Positions 19,040 through 25,891 of a DNA stretch of 27,670 bases are shown piece by piece. Position 1 is the stretch's first letter, and each line of letters opens with the position of its first letter. This DNA is from a virus. Taxonomy: Duplodnaviria; Caudoviricetes. The notes below the pieces were generated by a model. It saw only the letters and a list, made by a program, of their open reading frames with translations, made no database searches and had not been told where the DNA came from. A program made the position numbers and the translations under genes. The stretch is from positions 1 to 27,670 of IMG/VR virus record IMGVR_UViG_3300044676_002910; one strand, 5' to 3'.

Positions 19040-19262
19040 TGCTATCCTCTGCATAATGTTCAACGGTAGACTCCATATTAAGCATAAAGGCAAGGATATT
19101 TAATTGTCCTTTACGGAAATATAAATCCTCGTTGTCCTTTGTTACTTCTACAGAATTTATTTGGAGAGCATTATTTTTTAGCTCTTCCATTAATACTTTC
19201 CAGCCCTCTGTACGAAACGTATCTTTAAGAGCTTGGTAATGTTTTTCTTCCTCTCTTTCCAC
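19026..19262 (-). CDS. Hypothetical protein (portal-scaffold interval)
   Basis: 78 aa, GTG start with AAGGAG SD, F.TEGWK...LYFRKGQL motif. Confidence 0.75.
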   Translation of the reverse strand: MEREEEKHYQALKDTFRTEGWKVLMEELKNNALQINSVEVTKDNEDLYFRKGQLNILAFMLNMESTVEHYAEDSNDSV

Positions 19263-19371
19263 CCTTTGACTCCTTATTAGCTTCCTCTAGCTTTTGGATT
19301 CTTTCTTCTAAACCTTTAACGATTCCATTAATTTGATTTAGAATGTTTTGCATCTCAGTGTTAGTAATCAT
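19225..19371 (-). CDS. 48-aa coiled-coil peptide (not in the ORF track)
   Basis: MITNTEMQNILNQINGIVKGLEERIQKLEEANKESKGGKRGRKTLPSS. TAATG overlap with the portal stop. Confidence 0.65.
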   Translation of the reverse strand: MITNTEMQNILNQINGIVKGLEERIQKLEEANKESKGGKRGRKTLPSS

Positions 19372-21281
19372 TATGACAAAGCCTTAGCCGTTTCTAGGTT
19401 AAGCCTTCTTTCCTCCAATAGTTTGTCAGTTACCTTCATTCGCCTTTCAAACTCTTTATCATCCTCATTACCAGCCTTTAAGTTAGTAGCAACGGCCTTA
19501 ATCCTATCGTTTTCAAGTTCAACAGGAATAGCCTTAGTTTCTTGAGCAATCTTCTCGGCTCTGGCCTGAGACTCCATAGCTTGACCATTAAGAGCGTTAG
19601 TCTGAGACTGCTGAAACTGTAACTGTACCTGTTGTGCTGCTTGCGCTGCTTCTTGAGCCTGTGGATTAGGTTGTGAGGCTTGTTGGATAACTTGAATCAA
19701 TTGCTCTCTATTGGAGATGTTCATGTTATCTATAATTGATTGTATTAAAACTGCATACAAAGGAGAGTCTGAACCCATAGTTTGTAACAATTGCACTAAC
19801 TGAGTTACTTCGTATTCTCTTGCAATTATTCCCAAGGAAGAGGTAACTTCAAACTTATAATCGTTAACAGGGTACATCTCAGGTTCAAACTGCATATACC
19901 TGTGTGCCACTTTTGTTACGAATGGTATCAAAAAAGACTCTTGGAAGTTAATAAGAGTCCTTTTGTGTCTCTTAATAATCGCCCCAAGGGACATTGAGAT
20001 ACCAGCAGCGGTAGCCTCACCGTTAATAGAGCCAGGTATTCCAGCAGAATCTATAGCTCCAGTAGCTGTTTGTACCATCTTTTGAAGTTGTTCAGCTTGG
20101 GCAAAGGTAATTTGAGAGACTTGTCCAAAGTTAAACGGCTGCAATACTTCTCTGGGGTCGCCGTTAGTCAATAGTATCTTACCAGGACGAACTTCTGGCT
20201 TTGCGCCCCTTGGTAGACGGGTAGCGTCCATTGCCATCATAGGATGTACAGTTAACGCTAGAGCGTCTATTCTAGCCCTTAATTCAGCATCTAGTGCTTT
20301 TTGTGAGTTGTATCCTTTCTCACATACACCTCTACCCCAGAATCTTCCTGGGACTATATCCCAAGGAAAGGCTACGACAGGTCTATCGCCCATCATGTAG
20401 GGGTTTCTTTCTACTTTAAGTAGAGTTCCCCCATTAGCAATAACAATAATACACTCAATGTAATGACCATCTTCCTCTTCAATCTCAAAGTCTTCTTCAT
20501 CTTCTACAAGATATTTAGGAACTAGACCGTAGTATTTAGTAAGACGAACCTTATCATCAGGCTGGTCAATTAACTCAGGGTCAGGGTCAAGGTCGGTGTC
20601 ATTATAAGCTAGGGTGATGTCCACGTCCTTGTAAACACCACTTTCCTGTAGAAGTTCTACTTGGTGATATGGGACAAATTCATCAACCGCAACGCCAAGA
20701 GCCTCTTCAATAGAAGTTGCTACGGGGTCAATCAAGAAGTTTTGTGGGAGGATTGGGCGAAGTTTGCAGACTGTTCTGTCTGCTATGTTTACTCCTACTG
20801 CTTGCATCTGTCCTTCCATTATTGGTTGGGATGCAGGTTTCATTTCTTTTTCTTCTTGCAGAACTATTTCTGCAACGCCAGTTCCATAGACTGCGGCGTT
20901 TATTAAGCACTCAGCAACACTTTTTCTAGCTTTGTTTTGCTGAAAGTCCCTATAAAGCTGTTCTCTAAGAAATACAACATCTTGAGGCTCACCATCCCTC
21001 AAATCATCCTTAATATCAAAGAATCGTCCTCTTCCAAATGTAGCTTCTTCAATTTCAGCTACTGAGGATTCAACCGCCTGTTGTAGTGCGGGAGATATAA
21101 TTTGGCTTCTTTCTGAGTCACGAGTCTTATCTTCTGCGGAAAATTGCCCCCTCCACAGACGGTTATATTCTTCAAACCTATCCTGGTAGTTATTGTCAAA
21201 GTGGTTACGCCATGAGTTGCATTGCTCCATAACCCAATCTTCAACGCTTTGTAGAATTGTAAACTCTTCTTTATTAAGCAT
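19371..21281 (-). CDS. Portal protein
   Basis: 636 aa directly after the large terminase, PGRFWGRGVCEK and TAAGISM motifs, Gln-rich C-terminal barrel region. Confidence 0.92.
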   Translation of the reverse strand: MLNKEEFTILQSVEDWVMEQCNSWRNHFDNNYQDRFEEYNRLWRGQFSAEDKTRDSERSQIISPALQQAVESSVAEIEEATFGRGRFFDIKDDLRDGEPQDVVFLREQLYRDFQQNKARKSVAECLINAAVYGTGVAEIVLQEEKEMKPASQPIMEGQMQAVGVNIADRTVCKLRPILPQNFLIDPVATSIEEALGVAVDEFVPYHQVELLQESGVYKDVDITLAYNDTDLDPDPELIDQPDDKVRLTKYYGLVPKYLVEDEEDFEIEEEDGHYIECIIVIANGGTLLKVERNPYMMGDRPVVAFPWDIVPGRFWGRGVCEKGYNSQKALDAELRARIDALALTVHPMMAMDATRLPRGAKPEVRPGKILLTNGDPREVLQPFNFGQVSQITFAQAEQLQKMVQTATGAIDSAGIPGSINGEATAAGISMSLGAIIKRHKRTLINFQESFLIPFVTKVAHRYMQFEPEMYPVNDYKFEVTSSLGIIAREYEVTQLVQLLQTMGSDSPLYAVLIQSIIDNMNISNREQLIQVIQQASQPNPQAQEAAQAAQQVQLQFQQSQTNALNGQAMESQARAEKIAQETKAIPVELENDRIKAVATNLKAGNEDDKEFERRMKVTDKLLEERRLNLETAKALS

Positions 21282-21282
21282 A

Positions 21283-22527
21283 TTAGTAACCAGCTACCAT
21301 ATCGACCACATCAAAGTGGTCTTCTTCAAAGTCATACGAATAAGAGACGTTAGCCAACTGGTCTATGTAGGCCAAGGCATCTACCATGTCATCGTGTGTT
21401 AGAGCGTCAGGAAATTGAAATAGTTCATCCATAAATTGAATATTCCATTCACCTTTGCTAAGGTTAATGAGACCGTTCTCAAATCTTCCTTGTAACGCCC
21501 ACATAACTCTATCGGTTTTCTTCTTGTTTCCGTGGGTTAGCTCTTCAACCCTAAAGAAACGAGAATACTTCTTCATTAAGTCAGTTAATGGAGACATTAC
21601 AGCCTGACGAGCTATACCCTTCTCTATTCCTACAGAGATGGGTTGATAGTCTCTAACAGCTTGAAATATCTTCTGAGCAGTTTGGTCTAAAGACCATCTA
21701 CCCGTAATTATATCCTTAACCCACCATCCTTGGCTACCCACCTTTACCACGGCGATAGATGTGTTGTCAAGATTTTTAGTTTTGTTTTTCTTCCCAACCT
21801 CCTCAAAGCCAGCTAAGTCAATGGCTATATAGTAATCGCCATCAGGCTCTTCCTCTGAAAACTTAACCCAAGACTCCTTGAACATCTCGGAGCCACGGGC
21901 CTCAAAGGATGCCATGAACTCCTGCCTAAAGGCATAGGAGGACATAGACATTTTAGCTTGGTCAATCTCGCTTTTTTCTAAAAGATTATTATCATAACTG
22001 GTGTAATGCCATGCTTTGAAGTTTGGGTCGCCACCTAACTCGGCTTGTTTGTAGAAGTCATAAAAATGGTTTCTACCCATTGGGGTTCCAATAAACAAAG
22101 CACTTGCCTGTAAGTCTGACAGAGCTGGGCGTAAAATCAACTCCCATACGTCAGGCTTCATGTCTGCGTATTCATCTAGTACAAGGTAGGCTAGAGAGAC
22201 ACCACGCATTGTTTCGGGTCTATCAGCTCCCTTTAGAGAAATAGTAATCCCGTTAATTAGCTTAATCTGTAAATTATTGACGTGGGAGCCTTCAACCATG
22301 TCTCCTCCCAACTCTAGGAGGAGGTTCCACATAATATCTCTGGCTTGGCCTTGAGTGGGTGCTACATAGAATATGTGGCCTTTAGTAGCTTGTAAGGCGT
22401 TGACTAGAAGCAAGTAAGCCGCAAGACGGGATTTACCTGTCCTACGGCCTGCTGCGACCACTTTAAAGCGGGTAGAGTCATTCCAAACTTCTTGCTGCCA
22501 ATTTAATAGGTTTATATCTAGGTTCAT
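21283..22527 (-). CDS. terL: Terminase large subunit
   Basis: Walker A VAAGRRTGKS, Walker B LVLDE, GTP coupling motif, nuclease IAIDLA and HDDMVDALAY. Confidence 0.96.
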   Translation of the reverse strand: MNLDINLLNWQQEVWNDSTRFKVVAAGRRTGKSRLAAYLLLVNALQATKGHIFYVAPTQGQARDIMWNLLLELGGDMVEGSHVNNLQIKLINGITISLKGADRPETMRGVSLAYLVLDEYADMKPDVWELILRPALSDLQASALFIGTPMGRNHFYDFYKQAELGGDPNFKAWHYTSYDNNLLEKSEIDQAKMSMSSYAFRQEFMASFEARGSEMFKESWVKFSEEEPDGDYYIAIDLAGFEEVGKKNKTKNLDNTSIAVVKVGSQGWWVKDIITGRWSLDQTAQKIFQAVRDYQPISVGIEKGIARQAVMSPLTDLMKKYSRFFRVEELTHGNKKKTDRVMWALQGRFENGLINLSKGEWNIQFMDELFQFPDALTHDDMVDALAYIDQLANVSYSYDFEEDHFDVVDMVAGY

Positions 22528-22598
22528 TTAGGCTTCTTTACTTTTTTCTTTTTAGCCTTTTTCTTCATACCGCCGTAAGAACCACCGTAACCAGGCAT
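22524..22598 (-). CDS. 24-aa basic peptide (not in the ORF track)
   Basis: MPGYGGSYGGMKKKAKKKKVKKPK. GGAGA SD. ATGA overlap with the terL start. Confidence 0.6.
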   Translation of the reverse strand: MPGYGGSYGGMKKKAKKKKVKKPK

Positions 22599-22600
22599 AA

Positions 22601-22777
22601 TTATCTCCAGTTTGAACGTGCTTTGTTTTGAGCTTTTTTGTTTAGCTCACTGTAATGAAAGAGCTTAACACTAGAACTTGTGTGTTTAGCCCCAGAATGT
22701 AACTCGCCATTGGGCATTTTGTGAGAACCACCTTTATGGAGACTTCCATCTTTTTTGTAGTGATTAACGCCTTTCAT
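22601..22777 (-). CDS. 58-aa His/Lys-rich protein (not in the ORF track)
   Basis: MKGVNHYKKDGSLHKGGSHKMPNGELHSGAKHTSSSVKLFHYSELNKKAQNKARSNWR. GGAGA SD within the lysozyme 3' end. Confidence 0.7.
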   Translation of the reverse strand: MKGVNHYKKDGSLHKGGSHKMPNGELHSGAKHTSSSVKLFHYSELNKKAQNKARSNWR

Positions 22778-23198
22778 CAGGATATTCTCCGTATTGAATC
22801 ATGTGTGCTATATCTAACGCTCTCTGACCCACCTGAGAGGCCCACAGAGAGTTTAAAAACTCCATTGAGGCCTCTGGGTAGTCTTTTGTTTCCATCAGCT
22901 TAAGGGCCATTTTAAAGCCTCTGAGACGGGGTAAGCCAATATTGAAGCAAATATTAATCATTGCGTCTTTACGGACTCTATCTAAATCATCATAGAAGCG
23001 AAAAGCATTGGTTAATTCTTCATCAGTTCTTTGGATGTCATTATTTAATAGGGTGTAAATTTCAGCATCAGAGAGTCCTATACCTCCATCCTCGTCTATA
23101 TTACGTCCTATTCCTATAGTCCACTTACCAGCGGGGCATTTATAAGCAAATTTCTTAACCCCTTCATGTTTGGCTATTTGGTCGGCAAGTTTATTCAA
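22764..23198 (-). CDS. Lysozyme (GH24, T4-lysozyme-like endolysin)
   Basis: HEG....YKCPAGKWTIGIGRN catalytic region, MCFN-like INICFNIG and SLWASQVGQRA motifs. Confidence 0.9.
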   Translation of the reverse strand: MNKLADQIAKHEGVKKFAYKCPAGKWTIGIGRNIDEDGGIGLSDAEIYTLLNNDIQRTDEELTNAFRFYDDLDRVRKDAMINICFNIGLPRLRGFKMALKLMETKDYPEASMEFLNSLWASQVGQRALDIAHMIQYGEYPDERR

Positions 23199-23598
23199 CT
23201 ATTTCACCCTCAATCTCTTGGATGTCAGTGTTTATGCGGTCTATAGAGCTAACATTAATCTGAATTACTGGCTTTTCATTCCCTTTTGTTTTATCATAAT
23301 GGCTTAAAGGAGCCATTCTATCCATAATAAGTTTCCATGCTGCGGCCTGATTCTTGTGTTCTGGGTCTTCGGCAGCCTTAACAATGGCATCTATAACGTG
23401 CTCTATCCTATTAGCGGATAGGAGGCGTTCCTCTAACTTCTTAATGGCAGTCCTCATACCTTTAGGTCTACCTTTAGCCTTCTTACCCTCATCCTCCCAC
23501 TGTTGCCTAGTTAGCAACCTATCAGGCTTACGAGGTCTACCCCTCTTCCGTTTAGGTTCTTCTTCACTAATACCATCTAATGTCTTTAAATCACTCAT
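23191..23598 (-). CDS. terS: Terminase small subunit (putative)
   Basis: First late gene, KRKRGRPRK and GRPKG motifs, QAAAWKLIMDRMAP, C-terminal IQINVS. Start re-assigned to ATG 23598. Confidence 0.72.
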   Translation of the reverse strand: MSDLKTLDGISEEEPKRKRGRPRKPDRLLTRQQWEDEGKKAKGRPKGMRTAIKKLEERLLSANRIEHVIDAIVKAAEDPEHKNQAAAWKLIMDRMAPLSHYDKTKGNEKPVIQINVSSIDRINTDIQEIEGEIVE

Positions 23599-23634
23599 TG
23601 GCGAATAATACCAATATTTAGCGAAAAATACCAA
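23599..23634 (-). promoter_or_regulatory. Candidate late promoter overlapped by a 14-bp direct repeat
   Basis: On -: TTGGTA-18 bp-TATTAT with a TG extension, ending 6 nt before the terS ATG. On +: GCGAATAATACCAA (23601-23614) and GCGAAAAATACCAA (23621-23634). Confidence 0.5.
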
Positions 23635-23640
23635 AAAGTA

Positions 23641-23653
23641 TAACTTATTGATA
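23641..23653 (-). promoter_or_regulatory. IHF binding site consensus
   Basis: Minus strand TATCAATAAGTTA matches WATCAANNNNTTR, with an A/T tract on its 5' side. Confidence 0.6.
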
Positions 23654-23747
23654 AAAATACTATTTTGTCGCTTTTTTTAAATTGGCCTTTTGCAAATTTG
23701 GGTGGGTACTATAATAATTACAGCGTGTCAGTCCCCTCCCCGCCCAC

Positions 23748-23845
23748 TTATCCACAACCCCCCGACTTATCCACAGGTTATCCACAGGCTCCAGGCTGAC
23801 TTATCCACAGACTTATCCACAGTGTTGATAACTTGTTGGGGATAA
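23748..23845. promoter_or_regulatory. DnaA-box array (5 perfect, 2 inverted single-mismatch)
   Basis: TTATCCACA at 23748, 23767, 23778, 23801 and 23813. TGTTGATAA at 23823 and TGGGGATAA at 23837. Confidence 0.88.
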
Positions 23846-23852
23846 CTTACTG

Positions 23853-23962
23853 CTGGATGGATATACAGTAGTAGTGTGGGGGTTTATATGGCTACCAATA
23901 GCCCATTCAATAGCCCATATAAATGACACTGTACAAATTTACAGTGCTGTATAAAAGAACAG
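23853..23962. promoter_or_regulatory. Three LexA (SOS) boxes
   Basis: CTGGATGGATATACAG (23853-23868), CTGTACAAATTTACAG (23929-23944) and CTGTATAAAAGAACAG (23947-23962). All fit CTG-N10-CAG. Confidence 0.82.
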
Positions 23963-23963
23963 T

Positions 23964-24012
23964 AAAAATAATCAAAATTATTATAGACAGCTATTGTAAA
24001 CGATAGTATCTT
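23964..24012 (+). promoter_or_regulatory. Sigma70-type early promoter with UP-like element
   Basis: -35 TAGACA (23984-23989), 17-bp spacer, -10 TATCTT (24007-24012), A/T-rich tract upstream. First early gene at 24059 has a TAAGGAG SD. Confidence 0.55.
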
Positions 24013-24058
24013 TAACCTTGTTCAGACAGATAACTAACCAACATAAGGAGTAAATATT

Positions 24059-24322
24059 ATGCAAACAATCAAATACAACGCCGAAAATTGGAGTGGCGAA
24101 GAATACAAGGTAACTATTCGCAATACAACATTCCGCGCTTCGAACGGATGGAAGGGGACATTCGCTGATGCTGGAACGGTATGCGCTGTAGAGATAGACG
24201 GCAACACGTTTGCAGCATATATGCTAGAGAATGGCGAATGGAACTGTGACGATTCGGGTATTTCTCGAACGGCCAGTAATCCTGTAGTTGCAGCATTAAA
24301 AATAGGCCATAACATAATCTAA
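24059..24322 (+). CDS. Hypothetical early protein, 87 aa
   Basis: Strong SD, first ORF of the rightward operon. Confidence 0.75.
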   Translation: MQTIKYNAENWSGEEYKVTIRNTTFRASNGWKGTFADAGTVCAVEIDGNTFAAYMLENGEWNCDDSGISRTASNPVVAALKIGHNII

Positions 24323-24331
24323 GCAGTCACC

Positions 24332-24345
24332 GCCCCTTCGGGGGC
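24332..24345 (+). other. GCCCC-UUCG-GGGGC intergenic hairpin
   Basis: C(UUCG)G tetraloop hairpin just upstream of the next SD, with no U-tract. Confidence 0.6.
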
Positions 24346-24359
24346 AATAGGAGACGACA

Positions 24360-24779
24360 ATGACAAACAATAACCAAGTAATCGACCTAGTATCAACGCA
24401 AGTAACCATTCACAGAGGCTGTAATAGGGCTTGGATGCAGAATCACCCTTCCATGCTCAAAGCAGGATTTGTTCCCAATGCTAGATATGACATTGAATAC
24501 GGCGAGGATTCCGTAGTGCTGCGCCTTAATCCAGAGGGCAAGCGGAAAGTTTCAGCAACTGCCCGTGGCGCGACAATCGACTTGGTAAATAAGAAGATGA
24601 ACGCATACAACTTTAGCAGCGGCGTTAACTGGGTCATTACTGAATCAGCAATTATCATCATAGGAGACTGGGTCAGTGATTTCCTGACAGTTGCTCGATT
24701 CGCAGAATATTACGGAGTTTCAGAAGACATAGCATACAGCGTTATATCACTAGGCCGAAAGACAAACTACAACCACTAA
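24360..24779 (+). CDS. SymE/AbrB-fold-like protein with C-terminal HTH-like segment
   Basis: RAWMQ...MLKAGFVPNARYDIEYGEDSVVLRL resembles the SymE core (WLEAAGF..G..V.V.V..G.IVL). C-terminal DFLTVARFAEYYGVSEDIAY is HTH-like. Confidence 0.5.
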   Translation: MTNNNQVIDLVSTQVTIHRGCNRAWMQNHPSMLKAGFVPNARYDIEYGEDSVVLRLNPEGKRKVSATARGATIDLVNKKMNAYNFSSGVNWVITESAIIIIGDWVSDFLTVARFAEYYGVSEDIAYSVISLGRKTNYNH

Positions 24780-24793
24780 AAGAGGGAAAGTAA

Positions 24794-25027
24794 ATGAACA
24801 TCAAACCAATTGCATCAAACCAAACTGAACTCACAACGACAGAGGGAACCGTAATTCTGTTCTCGTATCAAACACCAGTAGCCGCACTGCTGCCCTCTGG
24901 AAGATATGTCAGAACTTCCAACTGGTACAGCCAAACAACCACAAAGCATATCAATAAGTGGCTCTGTGGTGTCTCTGCCGATGTAGAAGAACAGCCAGAA
25001 TCATTCTTCCACGGCCTAACAGCTTAA
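24794..25027 (+). CDS. Conserved hypothetical early phage protein
   Basis: ILFSYQTPVAA...YSQTTTKHINKWL motif recurrent in phage early genes. GAGGG SD. Confidence 0.75.
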   Translation: MNIKPIASNQTELTTTEGTVILFSYQTPVAALLPSGRYVRTSNWYSQTTTKHINKWLCGVSADVEEQPESFFHGLTA

Positions 25028-25032
25028 ATTGT

Positions 25033-25059
25033 AAAAAGAACGCCCCCAACAACGGGGGC
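25033..25059 (-). terminator. Hairpin with A-tract on its left (minus-strand terminator-like)
   Basis: GCCCCC-AACAAC-GGGGGC at 25042-25059 preceded by AAAAAGAAC. Confidence 0.45.
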
Positions 25060-25087
25060 TAATCCAAGGGGAAAGGGGAATTATACC

Positions 25088-25270
25088 ATGAATATATCAT
25101 TCAGTATCAGCGAATCTCAGCATGAAAGTCTAAAAGCATTGGTCTTAGTGGCCTATGAAAATTTACGAAACGACCTAGACAATGACGAATTGTCAGACAT
25201 GGCCGCATCTGTTTTAAGCAGAGAATTCAACAATCTAGCAAATTTAAAGAGGATAATTAACAATGAATAA
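25088..25270 (+). CDS. Hypothetical protein, 60 aa
   Basis: ORF with purine-rich SD, overlapping the next start. Confidence 0.65.
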   Translation: MNISFSISESQHESLKALVLVAYENLRNDLDNDELSDMAASVLSREFNNLANLKRIINNE

Positions 25271-25364
25271 GAAAAGAAAAGAGCAAATAGAAGAGGGTAT
25301 CTACGCTGTTTTGTGCTGCATTCTTGCCGTGTTCATCACAACGATTATTTTTATTAATATTTAG
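25263..25364 (+). CDS. 33-aa single-pass membrane peptide (not in the ORF track)
   Basis: MNKKRKEQIEEGIYAVLCCILAVFITTIIFINI. AGAGGA SD. Confidence 0.6.
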   Translation: MNKKRKEQIEEGIYAVLCCILAVFITTIIFINI

Positions 25365-25373
25365 GGGGTGATT

Positions 25374-25535
25374 ATGTTTGAATGCGTGAACTGTAGCCAA
25401 AAGAATAGCCTCGGAGATTGCTGCCCCGATTGCTGTGGCAAAGAGTGTGATTTTTGCGGTGACGAGATACCTATGGACGAGGATATCCAAAGGGGTGACT
25501 TTGTATTCTGCCAAATGTGTGACGACAGGCGGTAA
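25374..25535 (+). CDS. 53-aa Cys-rich double zinc-ribbon-like protein (not in the ORF track)
   Basis: MFECVNCSQKNSLGDCCPDCCGKECDFCGDEIPMDEDIQRGDFVFCQMCDDRR, 10 Cys. GGGGTG SD. Confidence 0.65.
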   Translation: MFECVNCSQKNSLGDCCPDCCGKECDFCGDEIPMDEDIQRGDFVFCQMCDDRR

Positions 25536-25557
25536 AAAAAGCCCCCCAAGCGGGGGC
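25534..25557 (-). terminator. Intrinsic terminator, stronger on the minus strand
   Basis: GCCCCC-CAAGC-GGGGGC at 25541-25557 directly preceded by A7 (U7 tail on -). Confidence 0.55.
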
Positions 25558-25582
25558 AATAATTTAATCTATAGGGGTAATC

Positions 25583-25828
25583 ATGCCGAAAACTAATTAC
25601 AAGCTAAAGGTCGGAGGGAGAATCTGTAGATGTCCAACCTGCGGGGAGGCATTTTCAGGAATAAAAGCATTTGATATACATAGGGTAGGGGTACACTCAG
25701 AAAATCGCTCCTGCATACGGTTAGAGGGCTCTGAGAGGCATATAATCACCACGCCCAAGGGTAGTACTACAACATTAGTGCTTAGAACACTGCCAAGAGG
25801 TACATATTGGGGGATATTGAATGAGTAG
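25583..25828 (+). CDS. FDXHR-type zinc-binding phage protein
   Basis: CRCPTCGEAFSGIKAFDIHRVG....RSC motif. Confidence 0.7.
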   Translation: MPKTNYKLKVGGRICRCPTCGEAFSGIKAFDIHRVGVHSENRSCIRLEGSERHIITTPKGSTTTLVLRTLPRGTYWGILNE

Positions 25829-25891
25829 AGGCCATGAGAGGCCCATACAGGCACGTTAATCAAAAAGTAATACCAACCATAGGGGTAAAAT

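Noticed and set aside
23748-23845. DnaA boxes as a bacterial chromosomal oriC with an inserted prophage
   Set aside because: Both flanks are phage genes, with no dnaA, dnaN, gidA or rpmH and no att/integrase junction.
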